This document shows positions 16,723 to 25,732 of a stretch of DNA of 32,000 nucleotides, one piece after another; positions within the stretch are counted from its first letter, which is position 1, and every line of letters begins with the position of its first letter. The notes beneath the pieces were generated by a model. The model searched no databases, was not told the origin of the DNA, and saw nothing but the letters and a program-made list of their open reading frames with translations. This stretch comes from Pirellula staleyi DSM 6068 (GTDB lineage: Bacteria; Planctomycetota; Planctomycetia; Pirellulales; Pirellulaceae). The translations under genes and the position numbers were made by a program. The stretch covers positions 570,001 through 602,000 of the forward strand of contig CP001848.1 in the NCBI GenBank assembly GCA_000025185.1, in the 5' to 3' direction.

Positions 16723-19073
16723 ACCACCTCGCCACGATAGAAGCGACTGGTGAGAAGTTGCTCGAGAGCAAACGCAATGACAAGCGCGCCAACTAGCAGT
16801 GGATAGAACTCGCTGCCAATGCGATCGGTGCCAACGACGCGTCGAATTTCATCGCGATTGCGTGCGAAGTGAAAGCGATCTTTCCCCAATAAATCGTCGA
16901 GTTCGTCTCGGGTAAACCGCGTCAGATCGGTCATCGCGGCCGGGAGGTTCACAGCGAAACCACGCACCATCGGACCACTTTTGGTTCCTCGCAAACGATA
17001 GTTGCCCGGCTGGTCGGTGAAGCGAACGACGAGACGATCTTCGCGCGCTCGAACTTCCTGAGGCTGATCGAGCGGTGTGAAGAGTTGATAGCGATCGGGA
17101 TATTCCGCTGGATCGCAATCGAGAACAGCTGCTTCGCCGCACATCACGTTCAGCTGCGACTGGCCAGTTCCCGCGAGGTGCAACATCATTTCATTGACGA
17201 GCACAAAGCAAGGCCACGCATCTTCGCCGGTGGCTAGTTCGTTCCAAAGTGGTGGCGAACCCGGCGCGATGCTCCCCGAAATTGGCGTGGTCATGGTCAT
17301 CACGCTGCCACGTCCGAGGCGATGTTCGACCAGGCACGGCTTTCCATTTCCGTAGGGAATGAGGGCTCGCGCAGTAGGCTGAAGATCATCAAGATTCCAG
17401 TGAAAAAACACCGGAAATCGCTGCCAGGGAACACTCGCCTCGAGCTGACGCAATGGCGCTAAAATTGGATGATCGTACGATTCGGGAGCGAGATAGACTC
17501 CCGCCGGAGCGCGCGTTTGTCGTGAAAGCTTTCCGCCAAGCAGTGAGGTAACGAGCGGTTGCTGAAACTTCGTCGGATCGGCGCCAGGACCAAGAAAGAC
17601 CGCCAGCCCGCCTCCCTGCGATACGTAGTCAGTGAGCTGCTGCCACGCTTCGGGGGCGAGTGGCGTGGGATCGACGAGCGCGACCGCTTGATAGAGCGCG
17701 AGCTCCTTCGAAGCAAGTTCTGCGGGGGAAATCACTTCGGTACGAAAGCGTGCTTGACCTGTTTCGCGGAGTGGTGTCGGCGCGATCGCCTCGGTGATGT
17801 AAGTCGTCGAAACACCACGTGGCGCTACCACCAGCACCGCAGCTGCATCACGCACTTCAATGGCAAAGTAGCGACGATCATCCACAGTGAGCGCATCGGC
17901 CGAAGCGATTTCAATTACCCCTTGATGCACGCCGGGAGAAAGTCCGCCGACCACAAAGCGAAGCGTCTCGCTCGTGCCATCGGCCAATGTCACTTGGCGC
18001 GTGCTGCGGAGGACCGAGGGAGGAGTGATCAGTTTGCCATCGCGTATCACAGGCAACGTGGGATCGGACTCTTCGAGTTTGAGATTCACCGCGCGATCGC
18101 CAGCAAGCGCCGCGCTGCTGATCGTTGTCTCGATCGCCAACTGACCTGCGAGGGGAAGCTGCTCGGCTTCGAGCTGCAAATCTCCCATCGCAATATTCTG
18201 AGGACGCTCGACCCCTACATCCACGACATACAATTGCACGTCGCTATTGGAAGCCAGCAGCTGCTCGATCTCGCTTGTTTCCGCTGGATTCCAGGCGGTT
18301 TTTGCGAGATCTGTCACAACATAGATTTCTTTGCGAAGCAGCTTGCTGCTCTTAGCGAGCTTGACGGCTCGGCTGAGCGCCGACGAGAGGGAGGTGACGT
18401 TGCCCGAGGATTTGAGTCGCAGCGCGGCGTCGCTGGCTGCCGCTCGATCCACCGCAAACGCGCCACTTCCGGCACGCAGGTCCATCACAGCCACCGCACT
18501 ATCGTCGGGCAACTGCTCGATGAGCCACTGCGCCAGATCGCCTGCCACTGTAAGACGCGTTTGGTTCTGACTCTTTAGTTCCATGCGCGGGCTGTTGTCG
18601 ATCAGCAGCACAGCAGCCACGGGAGTCTCTTCATCGCCGAGAACAGCTTCTCCCCCAGCCAGTGCGCGGGCTCCCACGGTGAACGAAGCGAGCAGCGCAA
18701 TCGCGGCCAAACTTGCCAAAGCAATGGTGATCCACCGCGCGAGCGAGCGGACGAGCGACGTGGCGGCGAGTGCACCCGCCAAGAGCGCACCGACCAGCAG
18801 GATCGAAGCGAAGATCCAATTGCTCATCGAGCTGCTGGCTACGCTAGGACGCGCGAGGGCAAGGGCGGCAAGAACAATCGCCGCGCAGCGAAGTACCAGT
18901 AGAAGTAGATGGCGAAGCTGCAGCCGACGCTGATTCGCCAGCTGTCGAAGCTTCAGAAGTCGCAGTGCCGGAAAGACATAAGGCTGCGGCCTCTGCTTCA
19001 TCAGCAGGTGTAGCAGGATCGGTACTGCGATGAGTAGCGCACCGGACAGCAGCGAAATGTTTACAAAAGCCAT
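16719..19073 (-). CDS. BatA_N (aerotolerance-regulator N-terminal) domain membrane protein with vWA-like and GATase1-like regions
   Basis: MAFVNISLLSGALLIAVPILLHLLMKQRPQPYVFPALRLL...LLLLVLRCAAIVLAALALARP matches the PF07584 pattern. This is followed by LLIDNSPRM (vWA-like) and GGGLAVFLGPG. The start is ATG 19073. The ORF extension to 19172 is Arg/Ser-rich. Confidence 0.7.
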   Translation of the reverse strand: MAFVNISLLSGALLIAVPILLHLLMKQRPQPYVFPALRLLKLRQLANQRRLQLRHLLLLVLRCAAIVLAALALARPSVASSSMSNWIFASILLVGALLAGALAATSLVRSLARWITIALASLAAIALLASFTVGARALAGGEAVLGDEETPVAAVLLIDNSPRMELKSQNQTRLTVAGDLAQWLIEQLPDDSAVAVMDLRAGSGAFAVDRAAASDAALRLKSSGNVTSLSSALSRAVKLAKSSKLLRKEIYVVTDLAKTAWNPAETSEIEQLLASNSDVQLYVVDVGVERPQNIAMGDLQLEAEQLPLAGQLAIETTISSAALAGDRAVNLKLEESDPTLPVIRDGKLITPPSVLRSTRQVTLADGTSETLRFVVGGLSPGVHQGVIEIASADALTVDDRRYFAIEVRDAAAVLVVAPRGVSTTYITEAIAPTPLRETGQARFRTEVISPAELASKELALYQAVALVDPTPLAPEAWQQLTDYVSQGGGLAVFLGPGADPTKFQQPLVTSLLGGKLSRQTRAPAGVYLAPESYDHPILAPLRQLEASVPWQRFPVFFHWNLDDLQPTARALIPYGNGKPCLVEHRLGRGSVMTMTTPISGSIAPGSPPLWNELATGEDAWPCFVLVNEMMLHLAGTGQSQLNVMCGEAAVLDCDPAEYPDRYQLFTPLDQPQEVRAREDRLVVRFTDQPGNYRLRGTKSGPMVRGFAVNLPAAMTDLTRFTRDELDDLLGKDRFHFARNRDEIRRVVGTDRIGSEFYPLLVGALVIAFALEQLLTSRFYRGEVV

Positions 19074-19343
19074 AGCTGCTACTGCACCGCACCAGGCGCA
19101 TCGCTGGGAATCGGCGGAAACGGGGTGTCGACGAGGGGGGTGACGTCGCGACGAAGATTGACGCGTTGCCATTTAACGCAAAGTCCGTCGCTATTTCATC
19201 ATAGCGGTATTTCTGCGCCGGTAGAGAGTTTCTCGCTCGCGAGGCAAAAATCTCGTGCGCCGAACCTCCACCAGTTGTAGCGGTTATGGCGAACAATCAT
19301 GAAGAACCGGCAGCGCTGCTCATCAGCGAAGTGTACAGTCGGC

Positions 19344-19349
19344 TATAAT
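19344..19349 (+). promoter_or_regulatory. Possible -10 box (TATAAT) for the NfeD operon
   Basis: A perfect TATAAT hexamer lies in the divergent intergenic region, ~80 nt upstream of the ATG at 19430. I see no convincing -35 element. Confidence 0.25.
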
Positions 19350-19429
19350 CGAATTACCGAGGTTTGGGGGCGTCGCCAGGACCGGCGATCTCGCCACAAG
19401 CTTCTTTTTGTGAAGGAGCAACTGCTCCG

Positions 19430-21658
19430 ATGAAACGCCAATCACACCGCAGCCATTCGACACTCGTCGCGCCTCGTCCTTACGCCCGCATCTGGTTTTG
19501 GTGCGTGCTTCTTCCGGGGCTATTGCTCCTGGCACTCGCGCCAAGTTCGCGCGGAAGTTTGCTGGCACAAGCCGATGCCGAAAAACCAACAGCCGATCCG
19601 GTGAAGCTCGAACGTTTGGTGGTGCCACTCCCCATCGTGGGGAACGTCGACACAATCGTCCGCTCGCAAATCGATCGTTGGCTGAAGACGATCGCAGCCG
19701 ATCAAGCCAACGTCGACAAACGCCCGCTCCTTGTGCTCGAATTTCGTCCCGCTGTCGGAACTGTTGGTGAGGGGAGCGAGTATGAACGCGCACTTTCTCT
19801 CGCACGTTTCCTGGCCAGCGAACGACTAGGACGCGTGCGAACCGTGGCGTTTGTTCCGCAGTCGATCGAAGGACATAGTGTGCTACCGATCCTGGCCTGT
19901 GAGCAACTCGTAATCGGTAAGGATGCAGAGATCGGTAACGCCGGGCGCGATGAAGCGGCGCTCGATCCCACAGTGCGGCGCGGCTATAGCGAAATCGCCG
20001 AACGACGACAAACGATTCCAGCAGCCGTTGCGCTCGGCATGCTCGATAACAAACTGGCAGTCACAATCGCGACGACACCTAATGGTCGACGTTTTGTACT
20101 GAGCGAGGAACTCGAAAAGCTTCGCGCCGCTGGCGAAGTGACGCAAGAGGAAACGCTATTTCACGAGGGAAAGTCGCATAAACTCTCGGGACGCCAATTG
20201 CGGCTCGAATTCAGTTTCGCATCGCATCTGGCAAGCGATTTACGCGAACTAGCCACAGCACTCGAAGTTCCGGTGAACGATCTGACGCGCGCGAGTCTGC
20301 CAACCGACGGCTGGAAGCCGATCCGCATGCAGCTGAGTGGCAACATCACGCGCGGCGAAGTGAATGGGATCATTCGCGCGCTCCGCGCGCAGCTGGAACA
20401 AACCGACGCCAACTTGCTGCTGCTCGAAATCGATTGCACCGGTGGATCGATCGATCACAGCCGACGACTTGCTCAGGAGCTTGTCGATTTACGAAGTCGT
20501 TTGCACACTGTGGCGATTGTCGAGAAGCAAGCGCTCAGCGATGCAGCCATTGTAGCTCTCTCGTGCCATGAACTTCGGGTGACGAGCGAAGCACGTCTGG
20601 GTGGCGCTGGTGCCGCATCATTTACGCCGCCACAGCTAGCCACGGCCAAGCCTGCCATCATGCAACTCGCTGAAGCGCAGAGTCGCGATTGGTCGCTGAT
20701 GATGGGTATGATCGACCGACGCCTCGAGGTTTTTCCCTGCACACGCGAAGTAACGGGACAAGTCCGTTTGCTCTCCGAAGAAGAACGCGAAGCACTCGAA
20801 GATGCTGCTGCGTGGAAGCGTGGCGAAATGCCGGTCAGCACCCTCTCGGGCATTGTTGGCAGCGATCTTATCGCATACGGACAGGCGACACCCATTGAGC
20901 AAAAAAGCGATATTCTGAGGGAATTTCAGCTCGAATCTGACCCGCCTCTTGTTCAAGAGAGCTGGGCTCTCGAAGTTATTCGCTGGATGGCCGACCCACG
21001 GATTGCTGGCCTACTGCTATTTGTCGGTTGGTTCGCGCTAATGTTCGAAATGTCGTCGCCAGGTGTTGGCGTTCCTGGATTCATCGCCGCTCTTTGTTTC
21101 CTGCTCTACTTCTGGTCGGCGTTTCTCAACGGCACCAGCGGCTGGCTCGAAGTGATGCTGTTCCTGTTCGGAATCATTTGCATCCTCGCCGAGATTTTCT
21201 TCATTCCGGGGACTGGATTCTTTGGCATCGGCGGCGCGATTGCGGTGATTGTCAGCATTGTGCTGGCGAGCCAAACCTTTGTGATTCCATCGAATGTCTA
21301 TCAGTTCAAGCAGCTCCCCTTTTCGCTCTCGATGGTGGCAGCAGGACTCGCGGGTGGCATTGGTGCGGTTGTCTTCATGCATAAGTTTTTGCCACACACA
21401 CCCTATCTCAAGCATATGATGCTGCTCCCTCCCACGGGCGAAGAACTCGAAGCGCTCGAGCAGCGCGAAACGATCGTCGACCTGGCTTATTTGGCAGGTA
21501 AGCAAGGTGTGACCACCACGAAACTTGTCCCTTCTGGCAAAGCTCTTTTTGGTGATGAGCTGATCGATGTGCTGAGCGACGGCGAGCTGATCGAACTCGG
21601 TACGAATGTTGTCGTGAAAGAAGTGCTTGGCAACCGTGTGGTTGTTAAACGTGCATAA
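19430..21658 (+). CDS. NfeD-family membrane-bound ClpP-class protease homologue (long form)
   Basis: AAGGAG lies 8-10 nt upstream of ATG 19430. The protein has a signal-like N-terminus and two ClpP/S49-like regions (LLVLEFRP...; LLLLEIDCTGGSIDHS...ALSDAAIVALSCHEL). A multi-TM block spans aa ~545-660 of the listed ORF. The C-terminus has the NfeD OB-fold pattern (GKQGVTTTKLVPSGKALFGDELIDVLSDGELIELGTNVVVKEVLGNRVVVK). Confidence 0.75.
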   Translation: MKRQSHRSHSTLVAPRPYARIWFWCVLLPGLLLLALAPSSRGSLLAQADAEKPTADPVKLERLVVPLPIVGNVDTIVRSQIDRWLKTIAADQANVDKRPLLVLEFRPAVGTVGEGSEYERALSLARFLASERLGRVRTVAFVPQSIEGHSVLPILACEQLVIGKDAEIGNAGRDEAALDPTVRRGYSEIAERRQTIPAAVALGMLDNKLAVTIATTPNGRRFVLSEELEKLRAAGEVTQEETLFHEGKSHKLSGRQLRLEFSFASHLASDLRELATALEVPVNDLTRASLPTDGWKPIRMQLSGNITRGEVNGIIRALRAQLEQTDANLLLLEIDCTGGSIDHSRRLAQELVDLRSRLHTVAIVEKQALSDAAIVALSCHELRVTSEARLGGAGAASFTPPQLATAKPAIMQLAEAQSRDWSLMMGMIDRRLEVFPCTREVTGQVRLLSEEEREALEDAAAWKRGEMPVSTLSGIVGSDLIAYGQATPIEQKSDILREFQLESDPPLVQESWALEVIRWMADPRIAGLLLFVGWFALMFEMSSPGVGVPGFIAALCFLLYFWSAFLNGTSGWLEVMLFLFGIICILAEIFFIPGTGFFGIGGAIAVIVSIVLASQTFVIPSNVYQFKQLPFSLSMVAAGLAGGIGAVVFMHKFLPHTPYLKHMMLLPPTGEELEALEQRETIVDLAYLAGKQGVTTTKLVPSGKALFGDELIDVLSDGELIELGTNVVVKEVLGNRVVVKRA

Positions 21659-21704
21659 TTCCCTCGGAAAACGCTGTTTCTATCCTTAGGAAGAATCTGC
21701 TGCG

Positions 21705-22313
21705 ATGGATGCCGCAATCTGGGCCTCGTTACTGCTGATTGCCGCACTGGTTGTGCTCGTGCTGGAATTCATCATTCCCTCAGCCGGCATTCTCTCGATC
21801 GTTTGCGCCGTGCTGTTTATCGCCGCGATCGTAGTGGGCTTTGCCGATAGCGTTCTCACCGGCGCCACGATCATGGTGGTGGAAGTGGTGTTGATCCCGG
21901 TCGTCTTAGCACTCGCCATCAAAGTGTGGCCCCACACACCTCTCGGTCGCAAGATGCTCCTCACCCCTCCCGAGAATCCCGACGATGTGCTTCCCGAGCG
22001 TTTGCAATCGCGCGAGCTCGATCGCTTGATTGGCAAACGTGGGATCGCCAAGTCTTTGATGCTTCCCAGTGGAGCCATCGAAATTGCAGGGGTGCATTAC
22101 GACGCCACCAGCGAAGGGCAAACGATTGAACTGGGAACCAAAGTCATCGTCGTCAAGGTTTCGATGAACAGTTTGGTGGTCCGTCCCGACACGACGATTG
22201 TCGCCGAGCTCAGCGACTCGTATCAGCCTAGCCGAGCTGCACAGCCTTCAAAGCCCAACCAACCCGAGAGCGATAACCCGCTCGATCAGCAGATGCCTGA
22301 TCCCTTCGCTTAG
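21705..22313 (+). CDS. NfeD-family protein (short form: TM helices + OB-fold domain)
   Basis: Three hydrophobic helices are followed by GKRGIAKSLMLPSGAIEIAGVHYDATSEGQTIELGTKVIVVKVSMNSLVVRP, the NfeD C-terminal pattern. The tail is Pro/Ser/Gln-rich. Confidence 0.7.
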   Translation: MDAAIWASLLLIAALVVLVLEFIIPSAGILSIVCAVLFIAAIVVGFADSVLTGATIMVVEVVLIPVVLALAIKVWPHTPLGRKMLLTPPENPDDVLPERLQSRELDRLIGKRGIAKSLMLPSGAIEIAGVHYDATSEGQTIELGTKVIVVKVSMNSLVVRPDTTIVAELSDSYQPSRAAQPSKPNQPESDNPLDQQMPDPFA

Positions 22314-22323
22314 CGCACGAAAA

Positions 22324-22397
22324 AAGCCTGTTTCCCAAGGCAAAAACCTCAGAAAACAGGCTTCAGTTTCAGTAATAACTTTCGTCTCACGAAAGTT
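22324..22397. terminator. Two hairpins between convergent genes (possible bidirectional terminator)
   Basis: Hairpin 1: AAGCCTGTTT (22324-22333) pairs with AAACAGGCTT (22354-22363) and is flanked by A-runs and T-runs. Hairpin 2: AACTTTCG (22377-22384) pairs with CGAAAGTT (22390-22397) around loop TCTCA, followed by TT. The segment is AT-rich and sits between the stops at 22313 (+) and 22406 (-). Confidence 0.45.
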
Positions 22398-22405
22398 TTG
22401 ATCGA

Positions 22406-24097
22406 CTACAGTTCCGAATCGTCGCCGTTACCGAAGAAGGTCTTGATGGCTTCCTTCACGGCAACACCGATAGGACGAAGCACACCTTCTTCGATCGACA
22501 TCTTGGCCGAAATGCCACGTTCGACAGGCTCTTGGCTGAAGAGAATCTTGTCGCCTGCATTGGCATCTTCCACAGCCTTCACCACGAGCGGGAGGAGTGG
22601 ACGTTCGTCGATCGAAGCCAGGAACTTGAAGATCGGCAGCATCGCCACGGTGACGCGCGATGGTGGGACCGTCTTGTCAGCCGAGGTGGCCGAGTTGTCG
22701 ATCACTTGCTTGAGCAAGCTTTCGCCATTGCGACCGAAGGCGACGTAGAGGGCAGTCTTGCTCGTGCCGATCGTCCAGATAGCCTTGTCGCCAATCACGT
22801 CGCGAGCTTCCGACCAATCTTCAGGAACTGCTTGCGACACAGTGTGGAAATTCACACCACCGTGCGACGAAACATTGGCCTTGAGTTCGGGGAGATCAGG
22901 TTCGCCTTGGGCATCGACAGCAAGGTCTTTGAAGATCTGTTCGAATTCAGCAGCCTTGGCAAAGTGACCACCAGCAACCACCGTGAAGCTCTTGGGTTCG
23001 AGCATGACCGAGAAGCCGCCGTCGATCTTGCCATCCTTGAGTGCTTCGTCGAGCAGGTCGAACAAGCGCGTGGCATATTTCTTCGAGCCTTCGCGTCGTT
23101 CGGGGGTCAGAACAGGGTCGTTCTCGATGCGATTGAGCAGATCTTTGCGGGCCGCGGTCAGCGTGGCGGCGAACTGCTTCACATCGTCTTCGCTCATCTT
23201 GCCACTGAAGTTTCCGTGCACCGCAGCGCCAGGCATGATAAAGCCGGCGAAGTTGGTTTTGGTGTCGCTAGCGAGGGCAAATTGCTTGGCCAAATCGCTC
23301 CCATCGATCGCCAGTTGCTTGACTTCGAACGTCAGCTTTTTGGTCGTTGGGTCGATCGTCAAACCAAAGAGCATTTCATCGGTTTCGTTGACCTGCTTTT
23401 CGAGCGCGGTCACCAAACCACGGCCAGTTTTAGCGGCATCGTCGGGATTGACGTCGGGACCAACGTCGCTCAGCAGATCGAGGCTCCGTTCAAAAGCATA
23501 CTTGATTTCGTCCATGCCGGCAGCGAGCACATCTTGAGGGATGTTCTTCACCAGGATTTTGGCGGCGATGGTATGGGTCTTCGGCATATCGCCAAGCCAT
23601 GGGGTTGGATCTTGAGGAACGGTGGCAAGCATCGCCTTGTTACGAGCGGCGAAAGCCCAGCCTGCTTGTTCCTTAACGAACAGCTTTTGGCCGTCGTCGA
23701 ATTCCATGATGCCCCCTTCAGTGCTCAGGGGTTCGCCAATTTGTGGCTCGAGAACGGTGAGGAATGCCTTGAGGTTGGTGACGGGGAGGAAGATCAATTC
23801 TTCGATGTCACCTTCGTGTGGCAGCAGCACGACGCCGATTGGCTTGTTGGGGTCGATGCCCGGGGTGTAGAGGCGGAGCAGAGCTACAACGCTCTTCCCT
23901 TCCTCTTCGACGCCAGCAGCGGCAGTCAGATATTTCACATCGTCTTGCAGTTTTTTCACACCGGCGATCGAAACGACGGCGATGGGCTTGGCATCGGCTG
24001 CCACTGCTGCCATGGCGCTCGATAGCAAAATCGCGATGGCACTGGCGGCCGCCACTACGGTGCGAGTGAATCCTCGCGACAGACTTACACAGTTCAC
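22406..24097 (-). CDS. Secreted protein of unknown function
   Basis: Long ORF with balanced composition. I place the start at GTG 24097, which is preceded by AGGAGA with a 7-nt spacer. That start yields a classical signal peptide (MNCVSLSRGFTRTVVAAASAIAILLSSAMAAVA/ADA). I recognise no domain. The ORF stays open upstream to 24256. Confidence 0.6.
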   Translation of the reverse strand: MNCVSLSRGFTRTVVAAASAIAILLSSAMAAVAADAKPIAVVSIAGVKKLQDDVKYLTAAAGVEEEGKSVVALLRLYTPGIDPNKPIGVVLLPHEGDIEELIFLPVTNLKAFLTVLEPQIGEPLSTEGGIMEFDDGQKLFVKEQAGWAFAARNKAMLATVPQDPTPWLGDMPKTHTIAAKILVKNIPQDVLAAGMDEIKYAFERSLDLLSDVGPDVNPDDAAKTGRGLVTALEKQVNETDEMLFGLTIDPTTKKLTFEVKQLAIDGSDLAKQFALASDTKTNFAGFIMPGAAVHGNFSGKMSEDDVKQFAATLTAARKDLLNRIENDPVLTPERREGSKKYATRLFDLLDEALKDGKIDGGFSVMLEPKSFTVVAGGHFAKAAEFEQIFKDLAVDAQGEPDLPELKANVSSHGGVNFHTVSQAVPEDWSEARDVIGDKAIWTIGTSKTALYVAFGRNGESLLKQVIDNSATSADKTVPPSRVTVAMLPIFKFLASIDERPLLPLVVKAVEDANAGDKILFSQEPVERGISAKMSIEEGVLRPIGVAVKEAIKTFFGNGDDSEL

Positions 24098-24567
24098 GTT
24101 TAACTCTCCTGGGGAAACATCGGCCGAAAGGGCCAAGCGGTCCGCCACGATTGGCAACCGCATCAATGGTCGTGCAGTTCTATACCCACCTGGCGGTGGT
24201 TTGGTTTTGCCGCTTCTGTGCGACAAAGGAACAATTGCCAAAAGAATCGCTGCCACCTTAAGGGATGGGCGAACGTTCAGCGCCGGTTACTGTCGCCTGT
24301 TCGCGGGGTAAGTGCAACAGGAGATAGCACTTTCCACCCATTTGTGCGCCCGGCCCGAGTGCATTCAGAACGAGATTTCAGCTGCCATCAGCAGGCGGTC
24401 TGCTCTTGCCGCTTGGCCAAGGGTGATCGATTCTCGGGCAGTGCGCTGCAGCCAAACTGTCCAGCACGGGAGGAATTTTTCCGGAGAATCCCGCGCCTTT
24501 TGCGCAGCCCAGATCGGCGCGCGAAAAGAGATGGAAAACGTAGAAAGAGGGTGATGCGGAGTGCTTT

Positions 24568-24789
24568 TTAGCGTTCGCGATACACGATGCGACCTTTGGT
24601 CAGGTCGTAGGGCGAAAGCTCGACGTTCACTTTGTCGCCAGGAACAATACGAATGAAGTTCTTTCGCATCTTTCCAGCCACGTGAGCCATCACTTCACTT
24701 CCGGTCTCCAACTGCACCCGAAACCTTGTGTTAGCAAGGGCTTGGGTGACAGTGCCACTCACAATAAATGCTTCTTCTTTCTCAGCCAT
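24568..24789 (-). CDS. infA: Translation initiation factor IF-1
   Basis: The 73-aa sequence [71 protein letters not shown] is a near-canonical IF-1 S1-fold sequence. Confidence 0.95.
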   Translation of the reverse strand: MAEKEEAFIVSGTVTQALANTRFRVQLETGSEVMAHVAGKMRKNFIRIVPGDKVNVELSPYDLTKGRIVYRER

Positions 24790-24841
24790 TCAGAACTCCC
24801 GGCAGTGCCGCCTACACCTATGCACCAATCTCGATAGCTCG

Positions 24842-24869
24842 ATTATAGGTGCAAACGGGGCGGCGTCCA
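24842..24869 (-). promoter_or_regulatory. Candidate sigma70-type promoter of infA
   Basis: On the minus strand, TGGACG (24869-24864) is followed by a 16-nt spacer and TATAAT (24847-24842), ~55 nt upstream of the infA ATG. The -10 lies inside an imperfect inverted repeat (CACCTAT...ATAGGTG, 24815-24850). Confidence 0.35.
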
Positions 24870-25072
24870 TCGGGCTCCCGAGGCCAGAAATGCGCAAGGG
24901 AAGCCGGGAAACCTAAACCATAGGGCTAAGGGTGGTGGTTGAGAACCTAGCCCCTCCGGGATACACTGGAAGGCTGGTTTTTTGTGGGCTCGTCGGTGGT
25001 CTGATCAGCACCAACTGGCATGCCGGTTGCGGCAAGGAGCGGCAATTCTCGTTACGCGTGTGGGAGATCGTG

Positions 25073-25720
25073 ATGTCACTTGCAGCCAAACTGGTGGTCG
25101 TCGGAGGCGAAGTGAAGACAGCGGAGATTAAACTCCGGCTGCCTTCGACCATCGGCCGAGGACGCGACAGTACGATCATGCTGCGGCACCCGCTGGTGAG
25201 CCGTCTGCACTGCGAACTGTACGAGCAAGATGGTCAGCTGATGGTGCGCGATCTCGGCTCACTCAACGGCACCTTCATAAACAACCAGAAGATCACGGAA
25301 TCGTCGCTCCCCCCTGGTGAACTCCTGACGGTCGGAACTGTCACGTTTCGCGCGGTCTACGATTCGGCCGATACAGCGGCGAGTGCTCCACCCGCAGCGG
25401 CTGCCGAGCGAACCGCCACCTCTGCGCATCAAGCTACCACCGTCCGAGCACCTGCCAAAAGCAAACCCGAGGCTGGTCATCACGCTGGAAATGGGAAATC
25501 GGCTCCCCCTCCTTCCATCACTCCTCCCTCGGGAAGTGATCTCGGCGGCACCGAGCGAGCTGATGCCACGCTCGAAGAACTCGACGACGTGGAGGAAATT
25601 CTCGATCCCACTTCGCTCGGCTCTGGCGCCATTGAAAAGACCGAATCGATTGAAGAGATCGAGACGATCGAAGATGAGGATGAAGACGACCTCAACGACT
25701 TCCTCAAGAACATCAAATAG
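25073..25720 (+). CDS. FHA-domain protein with Ala/Pro-rich linker and strongly acidic C-terminal tail
   Basis: FHA motifs are present: TIGRGRD, VSRLHCEL, VRDLGSLNGTFINNQKI. I prefer the start at ATG 25073 (GGGAG upstream). The tail is EELDDVEEILDP...IEEIETIEDEDEDDLNDFLKNIK. Confidence 0.8.
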   Translation: MSLAAKLVVVGGEVKTAEIKLRLPSTIGRGRDSTIMLRHPLVSRLHCELYEQDGQLMVRDLGSLNGTFINNQKITESSLPPGELLTVGTVTFRAVYDSADTAASAPPAAAAERTATSAHQATTVRAPAKSKPEAGHHAGNGKSAPPPSITPPSGSDLGGTERADATLEELDDVEEILDPTSLGSGAIEKTESIEEIETIEDEDEDDLNDFLKNIK

Positions 25721-25732
25721 CTCTTAAGAGCA

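Noticed and set aside
17559-18578. 339-aa ORF on the plus strand, plus several smaller ones at 18125-18933
   Set aside because: They lie antisense to the BatA_N/vWA gene. Their translations are Arg-rich and low-complexity, which marks them as shadow ORFs.
22532-24025. 497-aa ORF on the plus strand
   Set aside because: It lies antisense to the 22406-24097 gene. The product is Phe/Leu/His/Arg-rich, as expected for the complement of a Lys/Glu/Asp-rich gene. It has no signal peptide, RBS or motif. The minus-strand frame has an RBS and a signal peptide.
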